Source of the DNA: Candidatus Heimdallarchaeota archaeon
Lineage (GTDB): Archaea > Asgardarchaeota > Heimdallarchaeia > Heimdallarchaeales > Heimdallarchaeaceae
Direction: 5' to 3'
NCBI GenBank assembly: GCA_019057815.1
Contig: JAHLWR010000001.1
Coordinates: forward strand, 128,001-192,000
Length of the DNA stretch: 64,000 bases
Shown here: piece after piece, positions 39,842 to 49,090 of the stretch
How the letters are laid out: the number at the start of each line of letters is the position of its first letter
How positions within the stretch are numbered: the first letter of the stretch is position 1
The notes under the pieces: generated by a model
Databases searched by the model: none
The model's input: the letters and a program-made list of their open reading frames with translations, nothing else
Told to the model about the DNA's origin: nothing
Translations under genes and position numbers: made by a program

Positions 39842-41137
39842 TTAATTTAATTCCTCCAAGAATTTTTCAGGATTATTTACCCTTAGTTTAGCTGAAAGAA
39901 GCTGGGGAAGAAGAAGATCGCGATGAGAAGAAAGAAGAAGATTCTCCTGAATATTATTTTTTATTTTATTAAATAATGGAAAACTGAAATCGGAAAATTC
40001 TTCAACCACATGTTGAGGTGGTTTTACTAATTTTAAGTTTGAAAATGTAGTTTTATTTACATTAATCATTGTTGAACCTCCACTCCCAGCCGCTCTGAGA
40101 GTTTTCCTTTGATTTCTCATGGAAAAATAGACAAATTCTCTATATATTATGTTATTTAATATTATAGCATTAATTTGCTGATTAGTTTGGCATGCTTCTG
40201 TTGTTATACTCACAAAACCTGTCCTTGCTCCGATGCAATTGACAATTATACTGTCTTTAGGTAATGTACATTTTTTTTGGCTTTCTGCACCTAAAACCGA
40301 TAATGAATCACCTGTTTGAGTAACAAAGATATTACCTACCATATCTGGGGTTTTTATAAAGGGAATATCTTTACCATAGAAACTTTTATTTTCTTTACTA
40401 GGCGTTTTTCCAGTTATAATAGAACCAAAATCTTTTACAGAAGCTACTTTCCATCCCTTTGGTATCTTCCCTAATTCACTTTCCTCAAACTCCCCATCCT
40501 TGAAAGGATCAAAAGAAACAAACCAACTGTGGAAAAGAGACGTAGCGAGAGACTCTAAAGAGGTGTTCATTTGATAGTTAAGTTCAATTTTAGAATCTAA
40601 AGAAAACAAAATATTAGCTACTAGATGTTGTTTTTTTATTGGAGGTAATAAAATATCAAGTTCCTTAAAAATTGATTTAGATATTTCTCTAAAAGTCGTT
40701 CCGCTTGCGTTTTGATTTATAAATCCTTTATTATTCTTCAACCAATAGAAGAGAAATTTATTGAAGACTAGTGGAGAACACTCTATACCTATAAAACCTT
40801 GATTTGTAGCCATTGGAACAGAGTTAATTACAACTTCTCCAACCGGAGCTCTACTTGTTAATAATACACTTCCTGGTGGATTCAATTTTTTCTTAGATCC
40901 TAAACCTTTTTCAGTAATATATCTAGATGTTTCCGAAACATAAATAGTAGAACCAGATGTTACATCCTTTGGAGTTATCCAAGCTATTTGTCCATCCCAA
41001 TTGTCTGGATCTTTAGTACTAGGAGTTTGTCCCCCTTTAACACTGACTATCTCTTTGAACTTATACAATTTCCAATCTGAAGAAGCATTTTCTGAAATAT
41101 CTTCTTTTGAAGGGATATATTTGTCAAGATTTTTCAT
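39842..41137 (-). CDS. hsdS: Type I RM specificity subunit S
   Basis: Two TRDs (GQTPS...NQGF; GKTPS...NQQIN), spacer LDSKIELN...SELGKIPKGW, C-terminal RDLLLPQLLS. Confidence 0.95.
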   Translation of the reverse strand: MKNLDKYIPSKEDISENASSDWKLYKFKEIVSVKGGQTPSTKDPDNWDGQIAWITPKDVTSGSTIYVSETSRYITEKGLGSKKKLNPPGSVLLTSRAPVGEVVINSVPMATNQGFIGIECSPLVFNKFLFYWLKNNKGFINQNASGTTFREISKSIFKELDILLPPIKKQHLVANILFSLDSKIELNYQMNTSLESLATSLFHSWFVSFDPFKDGEFEESELGKIPKGWKVASVKDFGSIITGKTPSKENKSFYGKDIPFIKTPDMVGNIFVTQTGDSLSVLGAESQKKCTLPKDSIIVNCIGARTGFVSITTEACQTNQQINAIILNNIIYREFVYFSMRNQRKTLRAAGSGGSTMINVNKTTFSNLKLVKPPQHVVEEFSDFSFPLFNKIKNNIQENLLLSSHRDLLLPQLLSAKLRVNNPEKFLEELN

Positions 41138-42710
41138 GTTCCAACAACTCAAGTATTTTTTCTATTTTTAAGTCTAATTTCCTCCCTTCTCCCATTTGTT
41201 CCCTCAGTTGTTTAGCTAATCTACTGAATTTCTCTTTAAATTCCTCTTCATCCATCGTTATGTCTTTGAATCCTACATACCTTCCTGGTGTTAAAACATA
41301 GCTATGTTCCTTTATCTCTTCTAATGTAACAGATTTACACAATCCTTTCTCGTCTTCATACTTTCCTTCTTTAGCTTTCCATTCATGGTAAATTGACGAA
41401 ATTTCCTTTATATCGTCCTCTGTTAATTTTCTTGTTTTCCTATCTATCATCTGTCCATATTCTCTTACATCTATGAACAATGTCTCTCCTCTTCTATCTC
41501 TAGTTTTCCCATCATTCTTATTCCTTGTCAAGAACCATAAACACGCTGGTATCTGTGTTGTTAAGAACAACTGTGAAGGTAGACTTATTATACAGTCCAC
41601 TAGATCTTCTTCAATTATCGCTTTTCTGATATCTCCTTCTCCTGAAGTTTGAGAACTTAGACTCCCATTGGACAATACAAAACCAGCGATCCCATTTGGT
41701 GCGAGATGGTGAATAAAATGTAGTATCCATGCATAGTTCGAATTATTGTTTGGTGGAACAATATCATATTTCTTCCACCTGATATCATCAGTTAATTTTT
41801 TTGCGCCCCAATCGCTATCATTGAATGGAGGGTTAGCTAGAATAAAATTCGCTTTTAACGATTTATGTAAATCTCTATGAAATGAATCAGCGTTAGTTTC
41901 ACCAAGATTAGCTTCTAATCCTCTTATTGCGAGGTTCATCCTTGCTAATTTCCAAGTAGTAGGATTAGATTCTTGACCATAAATGGATATATCACCCTCT
42001 TTACCCCCATGAGATTCAACAAAATTTTCACTTTGAACAAACATCCCACCAGATCCACAGCAAGGGTCAAAAACTCTCCCTTTGAAAGGTTGAATCATTG
42101 CAACAAGTAGTTTAACAATACTTTTAGGTGTAAAGTACTCTCCTCCTCCTTTGCCTTCTTGTTGAGCAAATTTACCTAAGAAATATTCATACACCCCTCC
42201 AAGAACATCTTTAGCTTTATTTTCCTTATCACCTAAACCAATATCACCAATAAGATCGAAAACTTCACCTAGAACTCTTTTATCTAACTCTCTACGAGCA
42301 TAAATCTTGGGTAAAACGCCTTTTAGAACAAGATTATAATTTTCAATGAGAACCATAGCTTCATCAACAAGCTTACCGATATCAGAGGATTTAGATTTGT
42401 TTTGAAGTTTCAACCAGCGAGCTTCTTTAGGAACCCAAAAGATATTCTCAGCAATATAATAATCCCTATTCTCTATTTCTACCTCTATTTCGTTGTCAGA
42501 ATATCCTTCTCCATCTAGTTCATTCCATAGTTCCTGATACTTCTCTTCAAAAGAGTCTGAGATGTATTTAAGAAAGATCAATCCTAAAACAACGTGCTTA
42601 TATTCAGCAGAATCCATGTTTCCACGTAGTTTGTCAGCTGCTTGCCAGAGTTTTTTCTCGAAACCTAGAACACCTTTATTGTTAGAGTTACTTTGTTTTT
42701 TATGTACCAT
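41124..42710 (-). CDS. hsdM: Type I RM N6-adenine methyltransferase subunit M
   Basis: LWQAADKLRG, GEYFTP, DPCCGSGGMF, NPPF, LTPGRYVG. Confidence 0.97.
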   Translation of the reverse strand: MVHKKQSNSNNKGVLGFEKKLWQAADKLRGNMDSAEYKHVVLGLIFLKYISDSFEEKYQELWNELDGEGYSDNEIEVEIENRDYYIAENIFWVPKEARWLKLQNKSKSSDIGKLVDEAMVLIENYNLVLKGVLPKIYARRELDKRVLGEVFDLIGDIGLGDKENKAKDVLGGVYEYFLGKFAQQEGKGGGEYFTPKSIVKLLVAMIQPFKGRVFDPCCGSGGMFVQSENFVESHGGKEGDISIYGQESNPTTWKLARMNLAIRGLEANLGETNADSFHRDLHKSLKANFILANPPFNDSDWGAKKLTDDIRWKKYDIVPPNNNSNYAWILHFIHHLAPNGIAGFVLSNGSLSSQTSGEGDIRKAIIEEDLVDCIISLPSQLFLTTQIPACLWFLTRNKNDGKTRDRRGETLFIDVREYGQMIDRKTRKLTEDDIKEISSIYHEWKAKEGKYEDEKGLCKSVTLEEIKEHSYVLTPGRYVGFKDITMDEEEFKEKFSRLAKQLREQMGEGRKLDLKIEKILELLEHEKS

Positions 42711-43017
42711 AAATTCACCCTTTAAAGGAAAATATCGAGATAAATTATTCTAAAGATTTATTAATATAAGTGTTAAGGCTAAAAAATATTCAGGAATGGT
42801 TTAGTTTCTTAATCATTAGCATATTCAAAGAAACGGTTCAATATATGTGACAAAGAGTGAATATTCAATACAGTAACCACGATTTAGAAAATAAAGTATT
42901 GGTTTCATCATCCAACATAGAAACAACAGACACTCTAACTTACATTTAAATAAAAACATCAGAAGAAGAGCTGTGAAAATACAATTCTGTGAAGAATCAG
43001 AGAAAAAGAAAAATATC

Positions 43018-45501
43018 TTAAGCTTTTCTTCTCCTCTTTTTGAATAAGATAGGAACTAATAATAAACAAAGGATTATTAGTAGCGCTATTATTGGTCTGG
43101 GGGTAAATTCTGGAACAAGCGGAGGGTTAACTTCTTCATCTAAAGGGAAAGGATCTACAGAACCTGTAATACCATCAATCGTATAATTTCCTGTTCCTGA
43201 CCAATCTGACCAGTAATTCCCTTCATTAGTGTTTACATCACACCAGATATTATTATTACTGTCATCATACGCTTGTGAAGTTCCTCCTAGATTATTGTCT
43301 ACAAAGTTATTATGGTGAATGATATTATTATCAGAACTGTGACCTATGTATAACCCGTATTCTCCATTTTCTTGAAAATTATTATTAATTATAAGACAAA
43401 AATCAGAAGCAAAATATACTTTGATACCATTATTGCTATTGTTATTACAAGAGTTATTGGTTAGGGTTGAAACATAAGAAGCATGCATAAGGATACCATT
43501 GTCGTTGTTGTTAGTACAGGTGTTATCTGTAAGAGTAGAGGAATAAGACAAAAACAGGCCAATACCATTACCGTTATTGTTAGTACAGGTGTTATCTGTA
43601 AGAGTAGAACCTGAAGAATGATCCAGATGAATACCAACTCTGTTGTTGTTACACATGTTGTTTATAAGCGTAGAATGGGAAGAATATATCAGTTCGATAC
43701 CAACCCCGTTGTTGTTTTCACATGTGTTATTGATAATGGAGGTTTTCTCACAGAAAAGAACGTTCAAACCTGTGGAGGTATTAAACAATTTTTGGTTGCT
43801 TACTATCATTTCTGTACAGTCAATTAAGAACAGTTGACCATAGAGAGAATCTGAAAAAGTAGTTTTATCGAGGTTAGTATAAAAACCTAAGAATTTACCA
43901 TTTACCCAATTGTTCTCAACAGTGTAAGTGAGGTAAGCATCAACGCTTGATTCAGAGATAGATAACCCATCATTATAGAAAGTGTTATTTGCAACCGTTG
44001 AACTCCCAGAAAAACCGAGATAGATACCATTATCGTTGTTGTTAGCACAAGTGTTGTTTGTGAGAGTAGAACTACCAGAATCGTGAAGATAGATGCCATT
44101 ATTGTTGTTAGTACTGGTGTTATTTGTGAGAGTAGAACTAGAAGACTCATACAGCCAGATACCATCACCGTTGTTGTTAGTACAGGTGTTATTAGTAAGA
44201 GTCGAACTATAAGAATAATACAGCCAGATACCATAATCCTTGTTGTTAGTACAGGTGTTATTAGTAAGAGTAGTGTCAGAAGAATACCTCAGATGGATGC
44301 CATTCTCGCTGTTGTTAAAGGTGTTTCTAGTTAGAGTCGAATTAGAAGAGTGCGACAGATAGATACCATCGTTGTTGTTAGTACAGGTGTTATTTGTAAG
44401 AGTAGAACTCTCAGAATAATACAAGTGGATACCATCACCGTTGTTGTTAGCGCAGGTGTTATTAGTTAGAGTAGAGTTAGAAGAATCAGACAGATAGATA
44501 CCAACCCCGTTGTTGTTTTCACAGGTGTTATTGATAATGGAGGTTTTCTCACAGAAAAGAACGTTCAAACCTGTGGAGGTATTAGACAATTTTTGGTTAC
44601 TTACTATCATTTCTGTACAGTTAATTAAGAACAGTTGACCATAGAGAGAATCTGAAAAAGTAGTTTTTTCGAGGTTAGTGTAAAAGCCTAATTTTTTCTC
44701 ATTTACCCAATTGTTCTCAACAGTGTAAGTGAGATAATGTTCAATACTTGATTCAGAGATAGATAACCCATCATTATAGAAATTATTATTAGTAAGAGTC
44801 GAACTATAAGAATAATACAGACTGATACCATAATCCTTGTTGTTAGTACAGGTGTTATTAGTAAGAGTAGAACCACCAGACCAAGATAAGTGGATACCAT
44901 CACCATTGTTGTTAGTACAGGTGTTATTTGTTAGGGTAGAACCAGAAGAGTTAAGCCTGATACCATAATTTTCATTATTGTTACATGTGTTATTTGTGAG
45001 AGTAGCGCCAGAAGAATAATACAGACTGATACCATAATTTTCATTATTGTTACATGTGTTATTTGTGAGAGTAGAACCACCAGACCAAGACAAGTGGATA
45101 CCATCACCATTATTGTTTTCACATTTACTATTAATAATCCTTGTTGTTCCGTCTGCAACATTTTCAATTTGAATACCACAGTCAACTGCATCCACATAAC
45201 AGTTGCTAACAATGAAATATTTAGTTGTGTCAGTGATATAAATGCCAAAATCTTCTGTTGTTGTAATATTGTATCCTTCAATAATATAGGGATCTTCAGC
45301 TGTTCCTGTTCCTAGAAAAGCGCTAAATCCACTATCATCCGTGATGCTTATTGCACTGTGTGGTGTAAGAGCTGAAACGAATAGTGGAGTATTCTTAGAG
45401 TTTTTTTGATCATAATTAGTTAAAAGAAAAGAAATTAAGAGTATAATTATCAATACTAGTGTTCTTGATAATCTAATTTCATTGTTTTTTATTGTTTTCA
45501 T
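43018..45501 (-). CDS. NosD/CASH right-handed beta-helix surface protein with PEF-CTERM
   Basis: Signal peptide, GT-x-EDPYIIEG, about 23-aa NNTC-x-NN-x3-GI-x-L repeats, GNYWSDW, VPEF-TM-KKRRRK. Confidence 0.9.
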   Translation of the reverse strand: MKTIKNNEIRLSRTLVLIIILLISFLLTNYDQKNSKNTPLFVSALTPHSAISITDDSGFSAFLGTGTAEDPYIIEGYNITTTEDFGIYITDTTKYFIVSNCYVDAVDCGIQIENVADGTTRIINSKCENNNGDGIHLSWSGGSTLTNNTCNNNENYGISLYYSSGATLTNNTCNNNENYGIRLNSSGSTLTNNTCTNNNGDGIHLSWSGGSTLTNNTCTNNKDYGISLYYSYSSTLTNNNFYNDGLSISESSIEHYLTYTVENNWVNEKKLGFYTNLEKTTFSDSLYGQLFLINCTEMIVSNQKLSNTSTGLNVLFCEKTSIINNTCENNNGVGIYLSDSSNSTLTNNTCANNNGDGIHLYYSESSTLTNNTCTNNNDGIYLSHSSNSTLTRNTFNNSENGIHLRYSSDTTLTNNTCTNNKDYGIWLYYSYSSTLTNNTCTNNNGDGIWLYESSSSTLTNNTSTNNNNGIYLHDSGSSTLTNNTCANNNDNGIYLGFSGSSTVANNTFYNDGLSISESSVDAYLTYTVENNWVNGKFLGFYTNLDKTTFSDSLYGQLFLIDCTEMIVSNQKLFNTSTGLNVLFCEKTSIINNTCENNNGVGIELIYSSHSTLINNMCNNNRVGIHLDHSSGSTLTDNTCTNNNGNGIGLFLSYSSTLTDNTCTNNNDNGILMHASYVSTLTNNSCNNNSNNGIKVYFASDFCLIINNNFQENGEYGLYIGHSSDNNIIHHNNFVDNNLGGTSQAYDDSNNNIWCDVNTNEGNYWSDWSGTGNYTIDGITGSVDPFPLDEEVNPPLVPEFTPRPIIALLIILCLLLVPILFKKRRRKA
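43696..44790. repeat. Near-identical internal duplication of about 290 bp (43696-43985 and 44497-44786) plus about 69-bp tandem units
   Basis: Direct sequence comparison; 801-bp (267-codon) offset. Confidence 0.9.
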
Positions 45502-45614
45502 AATTCACCATCAAACCAGAATCAAAGTAATTTAACTTGAAACAATTTATAACATTTATGCCTATTTTTGTTCTTGTGTATTCTTTATTTTCAGATATCG
45601 CAATACTGTTAAAT

Positions 45615-45881
45615 TTAAACGCTAGTTGGTATAGTTTCTGATCTGAAGTACTTTTCTTTGTTAATAATTATTTCATTAAGATCGGATAAAATAACTTTTT
45701 TTCCATTTTCATCTAAAAGCACAGCTCTATATTTCCATAGTTTACCAGGAATATCAGATTCATTTACACAATGAGCTAAAAAGTATTCCAAATCGTCTCT
45801 GGTAGAGATTTTATAATTGGCTAAACCGACAATTTTATTCTTAATTTTATGTTCAATCTCGAAAATTAATTCCCATGACAT
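45615..45881 (-). CDS. Hypothetical protein
   Basis: 88-aa ORF 2 nt after the upstream gene, GGGGGT RBS. Confidence 0.6.
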   Translation of the reverse strand: MSWELIFEIEHKIKNKIVGLANYKISTRDDLEYFLAHCVNESDIPGKLWKYRAVLLDENGKKVILSDLNEIIINKEKYFRSETIPTSV

Positions 45882-45883
45882 AG

Positions 45884-46285
45884 TTAGTTAATACCCCCTA
45901 AAATTGTTAATCCATCCTTATCCTTATTCTCTTCAAATCTAATGTCCTCACGTAGTTCTATCTCTTGGAAATTCCTGTAGTGGAAAGATTCCAATCTTTC
46001 AGTGGAAAAAACCCTATAAGAATTAATATTGCAGTAAAGCAAATCAACTATTTTTGGAAGAATGTTCTTGGTAATTACAGGAATAAGGATAGTGATAATG
46101 AAAGAGTAGAGAAAGATTAAGAGAGTTAAGAAAACGATGAAGATTCTAAAAACAAGGGTATAAGAAGAATCAGTAAAGGAAAGAACGGAAGCAATAATAG
46201 AAAGAATAGTGAAAAAGGTAAAAAGAACCTTTTCTAGAAAACTAAAAGTTCTTGAAGATTGACGTTCTAAGAGTTCTTCCATCAT
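45884..46285 (-). CDS. Hypothetical 2-TM protein
   Basis: Two hydrophobic helices; pyrimidine-rich coding strand. Confidence 0.6.
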   Translation of the reverse strand: MMEELLERQSSRTFSFLEKVLFTFFTILSIIASVLSFTDSSYTLVFRIFIVFLTLLIFLYSFIITILIPVITKNILPKIVDLLYCNINSYRVFSTERLESFHYRNFQEIELREDIRFEENKDKDGLTILGGIN

Positions 46286-46475
46286 AAGAGATTCTAACCC
46301 TTGAGTAATTTTTTTTAGATTTTTTGAAGATAGGAAGATATCAGAACGGAAGGGTTTAACCTATTATTCTCAAATTGGTTTATAAACGCGAAAAAGATTC
46401 TAGTTAGGATTATTATCAGAAGAATCCGTTGCACAAGATATATATTCGATAAAGAGTTTAATTAATTGTGTTTTA

Positions 46476-47711
46476 ATGAAAAAGAAAACAACATTATTGT
46501 TATTTCTACTAATATTGTCAATCTACGCATCGAACATCAATGTACAAATAACTGCTGAAGAGAATAATTTTAGACCTACTTCGTTAGAGTTGACACCTCA
46601 TGATCCTATTTCTATTACTTCTAACAGTGGTTTCGAAGTGTTTCCTGGATCTGGAACGGAAGAAGATCCTTATCTTATTGAAGGTTACAACATTACAACA
46701 ACAAATTATCGTAGTATTCATATTATTGATACAACGAAATATTTTACTATTCGTAACTGCTATGTTGACGCAACATGGTATGGAATTAATATCTATAATG
46801 TAGCTGAAGGAACATGCTCAATTATAAATAATACTTGTATTAATAATTGCGAGAATGGTTTCTTAATACATTATTCTCCTGGTTCTACTCTTATTAATAA
46901 CACCTGCAATAACCATAGTGAGAATGGTATTTATCTGTATTCTTCTGATGGTTCTACTCTAATCAATAACATTTTCAAAAACAATAACTGGGATGCTATC
47001 GCGCTTTCCTCTTCTGATTTTTGTGTCGTTACTTACAATCTTCTACAATCAAATGAAGAACATGGAGTATACTTAAGATTAGGTTCTGATAATAATCTTA
47101 TTCACCATAATACCTTTGTAGACAATAACCTAGGGGGAACTTCTCAAGCATGTGATGATTGTACTAACAACCTTTGGTATGACTCTGCAACACTTGAAGG
47201 TAACTATTGGTCAGATTGGTCAGGGATAGGTTCTTATTCTATTGATGGTGAAGCTGATTCTTTTGATCTTTATCCTCTCGATGAACCTACTGTATATCTT
47301 AGCCCTCCTGTTATTACTAATGTTATTCATTATCCCTCTACTCCTACAGAACTAGATACTATTAGTATTAATGCTACAGTCACTGATGATTCAGGTATTT
47401 ATAGTGTTACACTCCATTACAGGATTAATGATGGATTATGGCAGACAATCAGCATGACACTTGTGAGTGGTGATCTTTATTTTGTAACTATCGGTTTTTT
47501 TGCAGTTGGTGACACCATCGAATATTACTTTAGTGCTATAGATAATTCTGTTAACCACAATTTAGCCTTCAATGACAACTCTGGTTTCTATTACTCATTT
47601 ACTATTTCTGAGGTTGTACCAGAATTTCAAACGCTCTCTCCTCTTCTCCCCACGTTAACTTTTCTATTCTTGGTCTTTGGTTTAGTGGTGCTACAACGAA
47701 GAAAGAAATAG
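46476..47711 (+). CDS. NosD/CASH beta-helix plus Ig-like domain surface protein with PEF-CTERM
   Basis: Signal peptide, GSGTEEDPYLIEG, NNTC repeats, GNYWSDW, INATVTDDSG Ig module, VVPEF-TM-RRKK. Confidence 0.9.
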   Translation: MKKKTTLLLFLLILSIYASNINVQITAEENNFRPTSLELTPHDPISITSNSGFEVFPGSGTEEDPYLIEGYNITTTNYRSIHIIDTTKYFTIRNCYVDATWYGINIYNVAEGTCSIINNTCINNCENGFLIHYSPGSTLINNTCNNHSENGIYLYSSDGSTLINNIFKNNNWDAIALSSSDFCVVTYNLLQSNEEHGVYLRLGSDNNLIHHNTFVDNNLGGTSQACDDCTNNLWYDSATLEGNYWSDWSGIGSYSIDGEADSFDLYPLDEPTVYLSPPVITNVIHYPSTPTELDTISINATVTDDSGIYSVTLHYRINDGLWQTISMTLVSGDLYFVTIGFFAVGDTIEYYFSAIDNSVNHNLAFNDNSGFYYSFTISEVVPEFQTLSPLLPTLTFLFLVFGLVVLQRRKK

Positions 47712-47823
47712 CTTTTTTTCCTTCCCTTTGTTCTTTCTTTCTTTTTTTTCAATAATATTCCCCATTCTACACCATTTCTTTAAGCAGAAGAGTTTCTATC
47801 TTTGTTATTTATCTATAGTTGGA

Positions 47824-48918
47824 TTAATTATCTATTTCCTCTGGAAGACATTCATTATCCTGAAGATACTCAAAAACTAACCTATCGATTAAAGCTAAAT
47901 ATGTATAACTTTCGCTCCCAACTGCACGAACAATCATCATAATCGTCATGATCTCTGATATCTTTTGCATAAATTCTTTGGCAAATGAAAGAAAAATATG
48001 TGGTGTATTTAGTATTTTTTCAAATTCCTCTTTTCCTTTACTGATTTCTTTGTCGATTTCAGGAAAATCTGGGAATTTTTGTTTAAAGTCTTCTATAGAT
48101 AGTAATGGTTCTCTATGAGCAACTCTATTTCGAACAATTTTAAAAGTTTCAAAAGCTTCTTTTCTCTTTTTCCAGTGTGGAATAGAATTGATTCTTTGAT
48201 TAACAATGTTGAGTAGTGTTTTTTCCTTTTTGTTATTTGAAAGACTAAGAATGACTAAAATTGATTCTACAGATTTTATTGGATTTCTCGCTTCTCTTAA
48301 CTGATCATAGATATCAAAAAGATCCTCTGGGTTACTACAGCATATTAGAGTTTGAAATAGAGACATACAATAAACATCCATATATGTATATAAAGAAAGA
48401 ACAAAACAGGCTATGAGACGAGATAAAACATTTAATTTTAACTTATCAGTATTTTCATTATTGGTTTCCTTTTTTGTACTGCTATTATCGTCAATTTTAG
48501 GTTTTGTTATATTATTGTTATCTTTTATATTAACTGATGATAGTTCTTGATATAAATCAACTACTTCTTTGCTGTTTGAATTTATTGTTTTAATTCTATT
48601 TTTTATATCAGTAAAAATCTTCTTAGCCTTATCTGTTTGTTCAGGGGTAAGTGTTTCCAATGTTAATATCTTTTTCTCTTCAGATTCCAAATACTCGATA
48701 GAAACAATTTTTTCCTGCATAGCTTGAACATCTTCCATCAAAGCAGACATTGAAGCTTGAAAAAGTTCAACAAATAATATATTAGAATTTTCCTCAAAAA
48801 CAATTCCATCTTCTGTACAAAAAATATAATTATCTCCCCCGCTCTCTTTCAATACAACATCAATATCATCCATAATAATTTTACATCGTTTTTTCCACAA
48901 TTCTGCGAATGAAGTCAC
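47824..48918 (-). CDS. Hypothetical protein with HEPN-like R-x4-H motif
   Basis: All-helical; VRNRVAH near the C-terminal third. Confidence 0.55.
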   Translation of the reverse strand: MTSFAELWKKRCKIIMDDIDVVLKESGGDNYIFCTEDGIVFEENSNILFVELFQASMSALMEDVQAMQEKIVSIEYLESEEKKILTLETLTPEQTDKAKKIFTDIKNRIKTINSNSKEVVDLYQELSSVNIKDNNNITKPKIDDNSSTKKETNNENTDKLKLNVLSRLIACFVLSLYTYMDVYCMSLFQTLICCSNPEDLFDIYDQLREARNPIKSVESILVILSLSNNKKEKTLLNIVNQRINSIPHWKKRKEAFETFKIVRNRVAHREPLLSIEDFKQKFPDFPEIDKEISKGKEEFEKILNTPHIFLSFAKEFMQKISEIMTIMMIVRAVGSESYTYLALIDRLVFEYLQDNECLPEEIDN

Positions 48919-49090
48919 AAATATACAAGGATAATGATTATCAAAAAGGTTGTGTTCAATAAATCATCTAAGAATATTCTTTCCATCTTTAAATATGAGA
49001 CAATAGATATATAAATTGATAAAAATACTACACTTGCCTATCTTCTTATCAAACCCATCCGTCAAAGTGTAAGAATAACAAGGTGAAAAA

